Source: Octopus sinensis | Lineage: Eukaryota | Assembly: GCF_006345805.1 (NCBI RefSeq) | Contig: NC_043001.1 | Location: 103,788,001 to 103,852,000, forward strand | Length of the DNA stretch: 64,000 nt | Direction: 5' to 3' | Part shown: one piece after another, positions 1-12,358 of the stretch | Numbering within the stretch: position 1 is the stretch's first letter | How the letters are laid out: each line of letters starts with the position of its first letter | Position numbers and translations under genes: made by a program | Notes under the pieces: model-generated | Seen by the model: only the letters and a program-made list of their open reading frames with translations | What the model was told of the DNA's origin: nothing | Databases searched by the model: none

Positions 1-1676
1 TTATAGATATTTAACATCATTACCGGAATTATCATAAAATTTATTTTGGCAGTTAACAGGTTAAATAAAAAGGCGACATACTGATCGTCGTTCGTATAGA
101 GAATTCTAAAATTATTGCGATTCCTGTCTGAATTGGCGGCAGAAATTAAAAAGCTAGTGGCAAGTAAAGTGAAAATAAGTTCAAGAAATATAAATTAACT
201 GAAAACATTTTGCTTTAATTTCTTCAAATCATCTTTTCTTCCATTTTAGAGTCATTAATTACTGATTTAAGCTAACGAATAAGTTTGTGTTAACCTAAGG
301 GTGATACGAGATTAAAAAAATAATAATGTTTTTTTAAAGCAAGAACATAACAGCGTAATATTTTGATAAATAGTCAGTGTTATAAGCTAGGATTAGAACT
401 TTAGAGAACATTTTTATCAAGATTCGACAGTTTAGAAGACTGAAAAGAAAAAAAATGGCATTAACCGAGAATGATTTTAAAAACTGGAAAATATCAAGTG
501 TTGTTTAGACCTGCTTAAGTGCAGCAACATGATGGATATGTGCTCAGCTTAAATGGTAATATTTTATGCTACCTAAATAGGTTTCCTGTAATTCCTTGTT
601 CGAAATAAATGGAAATTTTGTAAGCCATGCTGTTAAAGGCGTGATTAAAAATAAATCCAATCATTTATGAAGTAAACATTAATGAAATAAAGCGGAAAGA
701 TGTTGAAGTGAGCCATCTTTTGTTTTCGTATATTTACGATAAATTTTCTTCCGCCTTAATAACATAATTTGCCGATATCAACATATTTTTATTATTAAGC
801 TAAATTGGCATGAATTACGGTCTGTATGTAAATTAGTATATAGATAGGCATGAATAACTTGATTGGCAGCGAGAAATGGGAAAGAAATAAATATGTTAAG
901 CGTCTTCTATTCTGTCAACCATATTTTTTATTTTATACATACAAATATAGAATATAAACATTTCCCTCTCTCTTATTATGAATGTGAAGAGAGAGAGACA
1001 GAGACAGAGACAGAGATCCATACATACACACATGGATGCATACGGACATATACATGAATGCACGTAACAGCCCTTCGGACGAGGTCACGCGAGCGGCTAT
1101 AAATAGCAGCCAAATCTCGGTTGTATCACATTGCACTGTCTCAAGAAAATAAGAACATATTCGATATAGATTTGACAGAATAACCATTCCCAGCATTACC
1201 GCTTCAAGCATACATACATTCATATTTCTGTCTTTCTTTGTCAAGGAATAAGAATAAAACAGAGGCGAATGTAATCAGCTTTCTTTTTTCTATATTTGAA
1301 TGTGTCATGAATGCTGGCGTGAGGCTGTTTTAGTCGTAGCTTCGAATGATTTGGTCGGCACAGCGCCATTTTAAAAAATCTATACCGCATGCATTATTTC
1401 CGATATATTTAAAATATTTAGACAGATATTTTTGTTTCCATAAATACTAAATATTTCTTGATAGCCTTTTCAAATAGTAATTGTGTAGTTTTTTTCTTAT
1501 AACCCATTAGCAGTTCTACTTCGGCATCGCAATAACGTGTTGCTGTTTATAACTGTAATTGCGTAAATCCATGGCATTTAACTCGTGACCAGCAGACGAC
1601 ATTATTTAATATGTCCTTCCTGTCAAGAAGATGGAATATATTTTGAAACAGATTTTGCTACTGAGTGCCTTCGTAG

Positions 1677-1772
1677 ATGATTATTCTGTGGCATGGAAAA
1701 AGATGTTGGATGAACCTCGTTTAATTAGTGTTCCGGTTGAAGCTAATCAATTCTTATTAAAAGAGTTTCCTG
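1677..1772 (+). CDS. Candidate internal coding exon (96 nt, phase 1-1), unrecognised protein
   Basis: ccttcgtag acceptor and CCTG|gtaaaa donor. Single open frame DYSVAWKKMLDEPRLISVPVEANQFLLKEFP with coding-like codon use. An alternative acceptor lies at 1652. Confidence 0.3.
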
Positions 1773-1836
1773 GTAAAAAAAAAAAAGACACGGTACACAA
1801 AAAAAAACGAATGAGTAACATTTCATCGCATACTAA

Positions 1837-2052
1837 GGCAGCGAGGTGGCAGGAGTGCTGCCTTAGTGCTGGACCAAAGGCTTAGCGGCATTTCTTCCGA
1901 CTTTACGTTCTCACTGCAAATGCCGCCGGGGTCGATTTTACCTTTCATCATTTCAGGATCAATAAGATAAGCACAAGTTATCGATTGAGGTCGATATAAT
2001 TAACTATCCCCCTCCACCAAACTTGCTGACCTTGTGCCAAAATTTGAAACCA
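1837..2052 (+). mobile_element. tRNA-derived SINE type B (Meta-domain-like), diverged
   Basis: Matches other copies in the window: GGCAGCGAGGTGGCAG head, gtcgattttacctttcatc central block, ccttgtgccaaaatttgaaac tail. Confidence 0.75.
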
Positions 2053-2462
2053 ACATTTTATGGAATACTGAAATTGATTTACCTGTCATGTTAAAAATAT
2101 GGAAGCATCTACGCATATATTCATTCTAGAATTTAGAATCTGTTGTGGAATCGAGGTCAGTTGCGATATAAATAAAGAAACCAATTTCGAAATATAAACT
2201 ATTTAACAGGAATTTATTTAAACCTAACGACTGCTGGTAGAATATCTTCTGGAAAATTGCAGTTATTGGCGATTCCTAAAGCAGAATACCTTTTTGTTTG
2301 TCATCATCCAATGCCCCAGGATCTGTCCCTTTCTCCCACTACTTTTTTTAATTTTACCACTTTCCATTCCTCTTTTATGCTTTTACTCTCTTCTCTATGA
2401 AAGGAACCAGAAAAACACTCGTCTTAACGAAATATCTTTCAACAACACTGTTCCGCTGAACT

Positions 2463-2625
2463 GCAGGAGTAGCTGAGTGGTTAAGAAGCTTGCTTCCCAA
2501 CCACATGGTTCCGGGTTCAATCCCACTTCGTGGCAACTTCAGCAAGTGTCTCCTACTATAGCTTCAGGCCGATCAAAGCCTACTGAGTGGATTTGGTAAG
2601 ATAGAAACTGAAAGAAGCACATTGT
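2463..2625 (+). mobile_element. SINE type A (tRNA head + CORE-like block), 5' half
   Basis: A box TAGCTGAGTGG, B box GGTTCAATCCC. Collinear with the full copy at 41328-41735 up to the internal microsatellite. Confidence 0.85.
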
Positions 2626-2641
2626 ATGTATATATATATAT

Positions 2642-2678
<37 letters not shown>

Positions 2679-2697
2679 TGCTTTTTGTTTTTGTTTT

Positions 2698-2910
2698 TTC
2701 CAGTTTCAGCTCTTGAGCTGTGGCCATGCTGGGGCACCGCCATTGTGGTGAAAGAGTACAGCAGGGATCACCACCCCCTGCCGGAGCCTCGTAGAGCTTT
2801 TTTAGGTGTTTTCGCTCAATAAACACACACAACGCCCGGTCTGAGAATCGAAACTGCGATCCTGCGACCGCGAGTCCGCTGCCCTAACCACTGGGCCATT
2901 GCGCCTCTAC
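2698..2910 (-). mobile_element. tRNA-derived SINE type C
   Basis: Minus strand reads AGAGGCGCAATGGCCCAGTGGTTAGGGCAGCGGACTCGCGG with a B-box-like GTTTCGATTC. Homologous to 21483-21790 and 56955-57220. Confidence 0.8.
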
Positions 2911-2911
2911 G

Positions 2912-2923
2912 CAAATATATATA

Positions 2924-2985
<62 letters not shown>

Positions 2986-3012
2986 ATTTATATATATATT
3001 TATATATATATT

Positions 3013-3043
<31 letters not shown>

Positions 3044-3178
3044 ATATATATTTAATATTTATATATATATATATATATTTATATATATACTTATATATTA
3101 TATATTATTTATTATATTTATATATATATTATATATTTATATATATATAATATATATTTATATATATATATATTTATA

Positions 3179-3247
<69 letters not shown>

Positions 3248-3351
3248 AATATATTTATTTATATATATATATATATTTATATATATATAGATAGATATAT
3301 ATTTATATATATATATATAGATAATATATTTATATATATAATATTTATATA

Positions 3352-3383
<32 letters not shown>

Positions 3384-3440
3384 GATATATATATGATATT
3401 ATCTATATATAATATATATATATGTATGTATATATGTGTA
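2912..3440. repeat. (TA)n microsatellite, interrupted
   Basis: Direct reading. Confidence 0.95.
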
Positions 3441-3814
3441 AACATAAATAATATGCGAGAGATCACTATGTGGATCCCTTGCATGCTAAAAATAGATGTC
3501 AAATTATCTTACCACTAAATCTGTGTTCTCAACTTAGTAGCATGCTAGATGTTTACGAGGTAGACAAATGAAAAGAAATAAACATAGGAAAAGAGAGAGA
3601 AAGAAAGAGAGAGAGAGAGTGAAAGAAAGAGAGAGAGAGAGAAAGAAAGAGAGAGAGAGAGAGAGAAAGAAAGAGAGAGAGAGAGAGAGAAAGAAAGAGA
3701 GAGAGAGAGAAAGAAAGAGAGAGAGAGAGAAACGTGTGTATGTTTGCATGTGTGTGCGTGCGTGTGTGTGTTTGTTTGTCTGTGCGTATGTGTGTGCGTG
3801 TGTGTGTGTCTCTG

Positions 3815-4028
3815 TGTGTGAGTGTTTGTCCGCAACCACCGCTTGATAAATGGTGTTGGCGTGTTTACGTCTCCATAACTTAGCGTTTCGGCAAATATTA
3901 CCGATAGAATAAGTATCAAACTTTAAAAGAATAGACACTGGGGTTGTCTCATACAACTTAAAATGCTTCAAGGCGGTGCTCCAGCATGGCTGCAACCTAG
4001 TGATTGAAACCAGTCAAAGACAAAAGGA
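3815..4028 (+). mobile_element. SINE type A 3' half
   Basis: cgcttgataaatggtgttggcgtgtttacgtc...gcggtgctccagcatggctgc, collinear with the 3' half of 41328-41735. Confidence 0.8.
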
Positions 4029-4041
4029 CATGCCATGCCAA

Positions 4042-4166
4042 TCACTCGACATTGTCTTCTCTTCTCCGTTCTTCCAAAGAATCCTCGCAAAACTGTTTAT
4101 TTTTGAAGAAAACTTTGTCTCGGAAATAATTGAGTCGTGTGTCCTGCAGCCATTCTATGAAAATTT
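4042..4166 (-). CDS. Candidate terminal coding exon on the minus strand, weakly SAM-domain-like
   Basis: Pyrimidine-rich acceptor ctcctgtttccaaatctattctcgttag, then phase-1 frame IFIEWLQDTRLNYFRDKVFFKNKQFCEDSLEERRREDNVE*. Confidence 0.25.
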
Positions 4167-4302
4167 CTAACGAGAATAGATTTGGAAACAGGAGTTTTAA
4201 CAGAGATAAGTATTTTTCGCGATTCTGTTCTGTTCAGGAAATTTAATACCTAATATGGTAATTCTTGGTATATTTACTTGTAGTGTTTTTATTTTTATTT
4301 AA

Positions 4303-4512
4303 TCTTTTACTTGTTTCAGCTATTAGACTACAACCAGGAAAAGTTTGTAGTCCAAACAATCGACCCCAGTACATTTTTAAAGCCTGGTACTTATTCTATC
4401 CGTTCCTTTTGTTGAATTGTTGGCTTACAGGGACATAAACGGACTGACACCGGTTGCCAAGCGGTGGTGGTGGTGGACAAGCATAAACACACACACACAC
4501 ACACACACACAG

Positions 4513-4543
<31 letters not shown>

Positions 4544-4735
4544 TACACACACACACATACGCACACACACATATACGGCAGGCTTCTTTCAACTTCCTTC
4601 TATCAGATCCACTCACACAGCTTTGGATGGTTCGAGGTTATAGTTGAAGACATCGAAGGTACCATGCAGTGGACTGAATCGAGAGGCATTCGGCTGTGAA
4701 ATAAGTTTCTTTACCCCACAGCCACGCCTGCACCT
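4303..4735 (-). mobile_element. SINE type A, near full length
   Basis: Reverse-complement match to 41328-41735, with internal (CA)n. Confidence 0.85.
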
Positions 4736-4888
4736 AGTTTATATGGAATGTTTTCATACTAAAAATTAGTTCCACAGAGTCGCTATAGACTGACAAGTAG
4801 GAACAATACGGTTATTCTGAGAGATATGATTGGTTTAGTGCTAAGATGGAAGAATTGTCCAGCAGGAGTTTGGTACTACAACATTGTA

Positions 4889-5062
4889 CAGTTCTATATT
4901 TAAGAAATGAGGAATTATTTACATTACTTACATTTGTGGGATATTTGTCCTCATCTTTTTTGTTGTTAACACAACGCTTCGGCTGATATACCCTCCAGCC
5001 TTCATCAGGTGTCTTGGGGAAATTTCGAATCTGGGTTCTCATTCCTAAGGTGTTTTTCGATA

Positions 5063-5136
<74 letters not shown>

Positions 5137-5265
5137 GTTATTATTATTATTATTATTATTATTGTCATTATTATTATTATTATTATTATTCAGGTCACTG
5201 CCCGGAATCGAATTCGGAATCTTGGGGTTAGTAGCCCGTCATCTTAACCACTACGCCATATGCCC
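4889..5265 (-). mobile_element. Composite SINE type D: tRNA-like head + (AAT)n + Penelope-like tail with hammerhead-like core boxes
   Basis: Minus strand: GGGCATATGGCGTAGTGGTTAAG, B-box-like GAATTCGATTCC, (AAT)n, then CTGATGA-AGGCTG/CAGCC-GAAG. Same architecture as 27290-27553. Confidence 0.8.
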
Positions 5266-5856
5266 CTACTTGATGTGTAGTTGATGGGGACCCATCAACT
5301 TGTTTTCCACAACAGAAGAAAATGATTGCCTTTGGCATTCGATTTAGGCTTCCTTATTAAAGAATAACAACAATAAAGCCACAAGTGGAAAGAGGATGTA
5401 TTCATAAGTAGCAAATATTTGTTGTTATCGATTAACTACGTAAAATCTAGTAGAGCCGAAGTTACATCTTGTCGAATTAAACCCTGGAACTCAACCGATA
5501 GACAGCACTGTGAAGATGAATACATTGACCAATATTATAACTGGAAAATAGCTCATTTCAAAATTATAACCGAGAAATCCAAACAAAGGAAACGACAACG
5601 GCCACAAGCATTCAGTAAAGGTTTTTTTATAGAAGCTGATTGTATTCATGAAGATAGCTTTCAAACTGTTTGCTAGACACAATGTGTTACAGAACATGTC
5701 AAACCAGACGATATGACGTATTTGTTAGCTCAATAACATATACATCATTTCTCCTTAAGGTACATTCTCATATTCATGTAAAACAACGATATGATTTGTG
5801 AGGAAGACAATTCGGTCTATTTATCTTTCTTATTTGTATTTTCCATGAATTTACAG

Positions 5857-5907
5857 CAATCTTACAACATTTATCCTTTTCGTCTTCCGTATTATTTCGC
5901 TGCGGCT
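5857..5907 (+). CDS. Candidate 51-nt symmetric exon
   Basis: Long pyrimidine tract + tttacag acceptor, GCT|gtgagt donor. Open in all frames (phase 0 QSYNIYPFRLPYYFAAA; phase 2 NLTTFILFVFRIISLR). Confidence 0.35.
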
Positions 5908-6056
5908 GTGAGTATTTGCTTTAGGTGGATATTTCCATCTTTCTTCATTATTTGTTGATAGAGTTAGTTCTGCAGAAGAAAATATTTCAGGTTGGTAAAA
6001 TTAATTTCTGGTATGATGTGGAACCATTATCAAGAATATATAAAACCATTTTATAT

Positions 6057-6435
6057 AGGCGCAGGAGTGGCAGTGTGGTAAGTAGCCCGCTTACCAACCA
6101 CATGGTTCCGGGTTCATTCCCACTGCATGGCACCTTGGGCAAGTGTCTTCTGTTATAGTCTCGGGCAGACTAAAGCCTTGTGGGTGTACTTGGTAGACGG
6201 AAACTGAAAGAAGATCGTCATATGTGTGTCTGTGTGTGTGTGTGTGTGTTTGTGTGTTTCTCCTCCCAACAGCGCTTGACAACCGATGCTGGTGTGTTTA
6301 CGTGCCCGTAACATAGCGGTTCAGCAAAAGAGACCGATAGAATAAATACTAGGCTTACAAAGAATAAGTCGATTTGCTCGACTAAAGGAGTTGCTACAGC
6401 ATGGCCGCAGTCAAATGACTGAAAGATGTAAAAGA
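6057..6435 (+). mobile_element. SINE type A, full length
   Basis: A box TGGCAGTGTGG, B box GGTTCATTCCC, CORE-like CACCTTGGGCAAGTG, internal (GT)n, 3' tail CAGCATGGCCGCAGTC. Confidence 0.9.
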
Positions 6436-6590
6436 AATCCGTACAAACAGCCAAAGGAAGCCGACAGCCTTCTTCGCATAAAAAAGTTGTCTCCAATGTG
6501 TGATCGCTCCTTAGTCTTCAAGTTTGCACCTCGCAGTACGCATGTTTCGGTCAATAAGAGTGTAATTTTATGACAGTTTACTATTTCCAG

Positions 6591-6660
6591 CTATATTGGA
6601 GATTATTCTCACCAACGAAAGCAGCCATTAACTTCTGTCCAGCACGGTCCTCAACCAAAG
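6591..6660 (+). CDS. Candidate 70-nt exon
   Basis: tttactatttccag acceptor, AAG|gtacat donor. Open in phase 0 (LYWRLFSPTKAAINFCPARSSTK) and phase 2. Confidence 0.25.
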
Positions 6661-7023
6661 GTACATACCGTGTATAGCTGTATATACGTAGAGGCGTCAT
6701 ACGAACGACAATGAAGCAATTGTATGACGCTGAACCTAAATTTAATTTGGGTGGAATCTATTCCAGTTTTCTTGTCAATGTAGGTGAAAAAATGGAGCCT
6801 TTATGATGTCGATCGCTTTGCTAGAAAGAGAGATCAAATATCAATTCATCTTTAATTGGACGAGACACTGACAATCGCCGGCCCTGATATACAAAAGGGG
6901 AATGGACGGGGAAACCTTTGCGCACAAAACTGGCGCTGAAAAATTAGATTTAAATTATTGTATATAAAAACTGCTACTACCACCACAGCAATAACAATCT
7001 GACCTGTAGTAGTAGTAGTAGAG

Positions 7024-7055
<32 letters not shown>

Positions 7056-7218
7056 GGTGGTGGTGGTGGTGGTGGTAGGCGTAGTGGTGGTAGTTGTAGG
7101 TGTAGTGGTGTTAGTGGTGGTCATGGTAATATTAGTAGTAGTAGTGGTAGTAGGAAATTTATATTCGTTCGTCGAAGGATAAAGAACAGAGATTGTAAAT
7201 AATTCAGTTTTGTTGAGT

Positions 7219-7263
<45 letters not shown>

Positions 7264-7418
7264 GGTGCGAGGTTAAAAAATCGATATGTTTCGGTGCGAA
7301 TTACAACTAAATAATGATATGCTGCTTTGCATGTGAGGTAAATTCCTACGAAATTATTGTGTATTAAGGATTGCCTAAAATACCTACTCTCTGACCAAGG
7401 GTGAAAAAGGCTGTGTGT

Positions 7419-8120
<702 letters not shown>

Positions 8121-8172
8121 TAGATCGATAGATAGATATACATATATATGCATATGCATATACGTGTATATG

Positions 8173-8217
<45 letters not shown>

Positions 8218-8447
8218 ATGTGTATGTGTGTGTGTGTATATCTTCCTATATATTTTATTGTTCAGCTTATAATTCTGTGATAATCAATGAAATAACATCA
8301 TTAATACTGGGAACTGGATGAATATACATGAATAATAACAGTGTGCATCGCAATCTGTATCCATAATTGCTGATAGTAATGCTATGCAAGCGGTTGTTGT
8401 TGCTCTCGATAATCTAGAGTATTATTATGAACTGCAAATGACAACAG

Positions 8448-8511
8448 GCCTTCTGTGTTGCTCTCGCTGGAAAGCTTTTACTGCAATTACTCCAGCTAAT
8501 GGGGTTTAAGG
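8448..8511 (+). CDS. Candidate 64-nt exon (phase 0-1), hydrophobic
   Basis: acaacag acceptor (weak pyrimidine tract), AAGG|gtgagc donor. Only open frame is AFCVALAGKLLLQLLQLMGFK. Confidence 0.25.
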
Positions 8512-9020
8512 GTGAGCCTTTGTGTTCAGATCTGTTTTCATCCAATTCAGCGATGATAGCCTAATGTTTTATTCATAGCAGAGAATTTCATTTGAGCTTT
8601 GAATAAATTTACTGCGAAACCATCCCAGCTAAATACAGGCGGGTGCATATCAATCACCGTGAAGAGAAAATCTTTCAAAACTAATACAATATTATGAAGA
8701 TGTACGTAGCTCTGTATCTTTGCTGGACCTTTTTGCAACAGCAATATGCCATCATGATGTGGTTAAAGCTCGTAGAGGAACATGCAGAGTTATCCATGAA
8801 TATATCATCCAGAATTTGTTTTATAATGATTGATAGCATATTAAGAATAAAAGTGACAAGATATTATTCGGTCTGCACAGTTGGATATATATCACCTCCT
8901 CAATTCAATGAAAGGTCAGTTCTACAAATCCTGTCATCCTAAACACATTTTCAATATCCAGCGATCAGCGTTTGTCACTTTTATGCAAACAGTTACGTTA
9001 CACGTCTAATCGCAAACAAT

Positions 9021-9310
9021 GGAACAAACGCTTATTCTGTCGGTCACTTTTGCCGAACTGCTAAGTTACGCGAACGTAAACACACCTACATCGTTGTCAA
9101 GCGATGTTGGTGAGGACAAAGACACACAAACATACACACACACACACACAGACATATATATATGATGTGCTTCTTTCAGTTACCGTCTACCAAATCCACT
9201 CACAAGGCCTTGGTCGGCCAGAGGCTATAGTAGAAGACACTTGCGCAAGGTGTCATGCAGTGGGACTGAATCCGGAGCCATGTGGTTGAGAAGCAAGCTT
9301 CTTACCACAT
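9021..9310 (-). mobile_element. SINE type A, 3'-truncated
   Basis: Reverse-complement match to 41328-41640. Confidence 0.85.
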
Positions 9311-9878
9311 TCTTGCAATTTTAGTATATATTTACTTTCTGAGAGATTTCTGATTTGCTGAATTGCTTCACATCAATTTATCGATTAATGTCAATTTATC
9401 GATTTCTATCAATCGTGCTGCTTACATTTAATGAAATGAATATAATTAATTTATCGTTAAACTGAAGAGCCAGGTTTTATTTCGAACACATTTGGCCTTA
9501 ATTCATCAGACATGTCTGTCTGTTTGCCTGTCTAAATATATGTGTGCGTATGTATGTGTGTATGTAATATATATATATATAATATATGTGTGGTGTGTGT
9601 GTGTGTGTGTGGTGTGTGTGTGTGTGTGTGTGTATTGATATTTATATTCATATACATAAATATGTGTATATATGTATATAAATTCATATATTTGCATATA
9701 TATACAAAGAGAGGAGAGAGAAAAAGAGACAGAGAGAGAGAAAGAGAGGGAAGCAGAGACAGGTGAAGGGAAAGGGAGAAAGAGAGAGGCGGAGGTGGGT
9801 CAGTGCGCGCACATGTGTGTGCCCTCTGTACACGTCTGAGTGTTAATGCAAATAAAGATGAGGTACCGAAAAGGATGG

Positions 9879-9922
<44 letters not shown>

Positions 9923-11064
9923 AGAGAGAGAGAGAGAGAGAGAGAGAAAAAAAGATCAAACATGCTTTTTTATTCCTTTTTCCCTGTTCTAAAGCTCGAA
10001 AGGTTTCCAGTGGGGGAAACTATGAGAAAATATATTTTAAATATACTTTTTAAAATTCAGTTTGAAATTCAATTTTTGGTTTTAATGGATTTTCGTTTGC
10101 TCTTGCAGTATTCGCTGTTGTCCAAGACACCAGTAGATTCTGATTCTTGGAGTTGAGAAATTTTTTAAAATGCGAGAAAAATGTACAAAAAGAGAAATAA
10201 AAAAAGGGCAATGGGGAAAGAAGGATAACAAGAAAAAGAGAAATATATCATGAATATTGTGTTACTGTGATAGAACGGTGTTAGGCGGGCCGTCTATCGG
10301 ATTGAAGGGCATTTAGTTAATTCGTTGGGAAGAAACTGGGAGAATTAGGGAGAGATAGGGAAACAGGAAGAATGGTAGAAGTGAGATGAATGAATAAGAG
10401 ATGGAAAATCAAGAGAAAGGGTGTAGAGAAGGGCGGGGTGGGGCACCCGAGAGAATTCGATTAATAAAAACAAAGCCAAACTGAATGTAGTAAAACGGGA
10501 AAACAGAAAACGGATTGGGAGAAAAAGAAGAAGAGAGAGTGAGGAATGTATTGAAGAGAGAAAGAAATAAAGAATTAAGAAAATAAATGAAGGAAGGAAT
10601 GGGAGGGAGGGAGGGAGGGAGGAAGGAAGGAATGAAAAGAAGAAGAAAACAAAGAAAAAAAGCAACAAAGAAGCAAAGGAAAAAGAAGGAAAGAAATTAA
10701 GAAAGAAGGAAGGAAAGAAAGAAAGAAAGAAAGAAGGAAGGAAAGAAAGAAAGAAAGAAGGAAAGAAAGAAAGAAGGAAAGAAAAAAGACAGAAAGAAAA
10801 TGAGTAAATAGATAAATATCAGAGAAAGAATACAATCAAAATAGGGATGAAATAGGGCAGGGGGTGGGGAATAGCGTAGAAAGTGGGGATGGGGTGGTAG
10901 AAGAAGTCATGTAAGAAATCAATAATAGAAAGAGAAATATAGAAATGAAGAATGAAATGTTGATAGGAAGAAGAAATAAAATTGGAAAGAAGTCTCTAAG
11001 AAAGAAAATGAAAAAGAATGGAAGAAAAGATCGAGATAGAAAAGATACCGTTGGTGTTCAATGA

Positions 11065-11909
11065 ATGGGTTGTATAGATGTGTGTGTGTATACGTGCGTG
11101 TGTATACGTGCGCGCGTGTGTATAGATGTGTGTGTGTGTATACGTGTCTGTGTACTTGTATGTTTGTATACATCTACGTGTGTGTATACATGTGTGTGTA
11201 TACATGTGTGTATACATGTGCGTGCGTATACGTGTGTGTGTGTACTTGTATGTTTGTTTACATGTACGTGTGTGTATACATGTGTGTGTATAAATGTGTG
11301 CATACATGTGAATATACATGTGTGTATATATATATATATGCATGTGTGCATATATTTGTATACAGATGTGTGTATACATGTGTATATACGTGTGTGTGTT
11401 TATACGCGTGTGTGTACTTGTATGTCTGTATACATGTACGTGTGTGCATACATGTGTGTATACATGTATGTGTATACATGTATGTGTATATATGTGTGTG
11501 TCTATGTGTATGTGTGTGTGTGTGTATACGTGTCTGTGTACTTGTATGTTTGTATACATCTACGTGTGTGTATACACATGTGTGTGTATACATGTGTGTA
11601 TACATGTGCGTGCGTATACGTGTGTGTGTGTACTTGTATGTTTGTTTACATGTACGTGTGTGTATACATGTGTGTGTATAAATGTGTGCATACATGTGAA
11701 TATACATGTGTGTATTATTATATATATATGTGTGCATATATTTGTATACAGATGTGTGTATACATGTGTATATACGTGTTGTGTTTATACGCGTGTGTGT
11801 ACTTGTATGTCTGTATACATGTACGTGTGTGCATACATGTGTGTATACATGTATGTGTATACATGTATGTGTATATATGTGTGTGTCTATGTGTATGTGT
11901 GTGTGTGTG

Positions 11910-11964
<55 letters not shown>

Positions 11965-11965
11965 T
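11065..11965. repeat. Complex (TGTA/TG)-derived minisatellite containing an approximately 386-bp two-copy tandem duplication
   Basis: The motif tacgtgtctgtgtacttgtatgtttgtatacatctacg occurs at 11141 and 11527, with collinear downstream variants. Confidence 0.85.
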
Positions 11966-12052
11966 GTCACTGTTTGCTTTTATGTTCGGTTATAACGAAA
12001 ACAATTTTACATTAATCCGATGGCTTTCTTTAGACATTTGTAGAGCGAAAAT

Positions 12053-12185
12053 TTATTATCGTTAAACAACAATATTGTCGACAGTGACTTCGAAGTTTCG
12101 ACCGGCCAAATCAGCCATCACCCGACGATGGTTTCACTAGCAAAAACGTCGAAGTTACTGTCAATAACATTCTTATTTAATAATA

Positions 12186-12188
<3 letters not shown>
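12053..12188. repeat. Inverted repeat (about 45-bp arms) resembling paired Penelope-like termini
   Basis: ttattatcgttaaacaacaatattgtcgacagtgacttcgaagttt pairs with aaaacgtcgaagttactgtcaataacattcttatttaataataataa. Confidence 0.7.
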
Positions 12189-12227
<39 letters not shown>

Positions 12228-12247
12228 TATATATTAATATATACATA

Positions 12248-12290
12248 CAGGAGTTGGACAAAATAATGGAAGCACCTAGCATCATAGATA
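12248..12290 (+). mobile_element. Solitary Tc1-like terminal inverted repeat
   Basis: TA|CAGGAGTTGGACAAAATAATGGAAGCACC resembles Tc1-family ends. No partner TIR found. Confidence 0.45.
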
Positions 12291-12312
12291 GATGGATTGA
12301 TTGGTTGATTGG

Positions 12313-12358
<46 letters not shown>

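Noticed and set aside
10110-10156. Strong acceptor ttttcgtttgctcttgcag
   Set aside because: All frames stop within 50 nt and there is no good donor. It cannot be linked to other candidates.
11061-12015. Long ORFs of 200-316 aa, and similar ones at 17446-18056, 22958-23395 and 29324-30646
   Set aside because: They lie wholly in TA/TG/TACA microsatellites that lack stops by composition. The products are dipeptide repeats.
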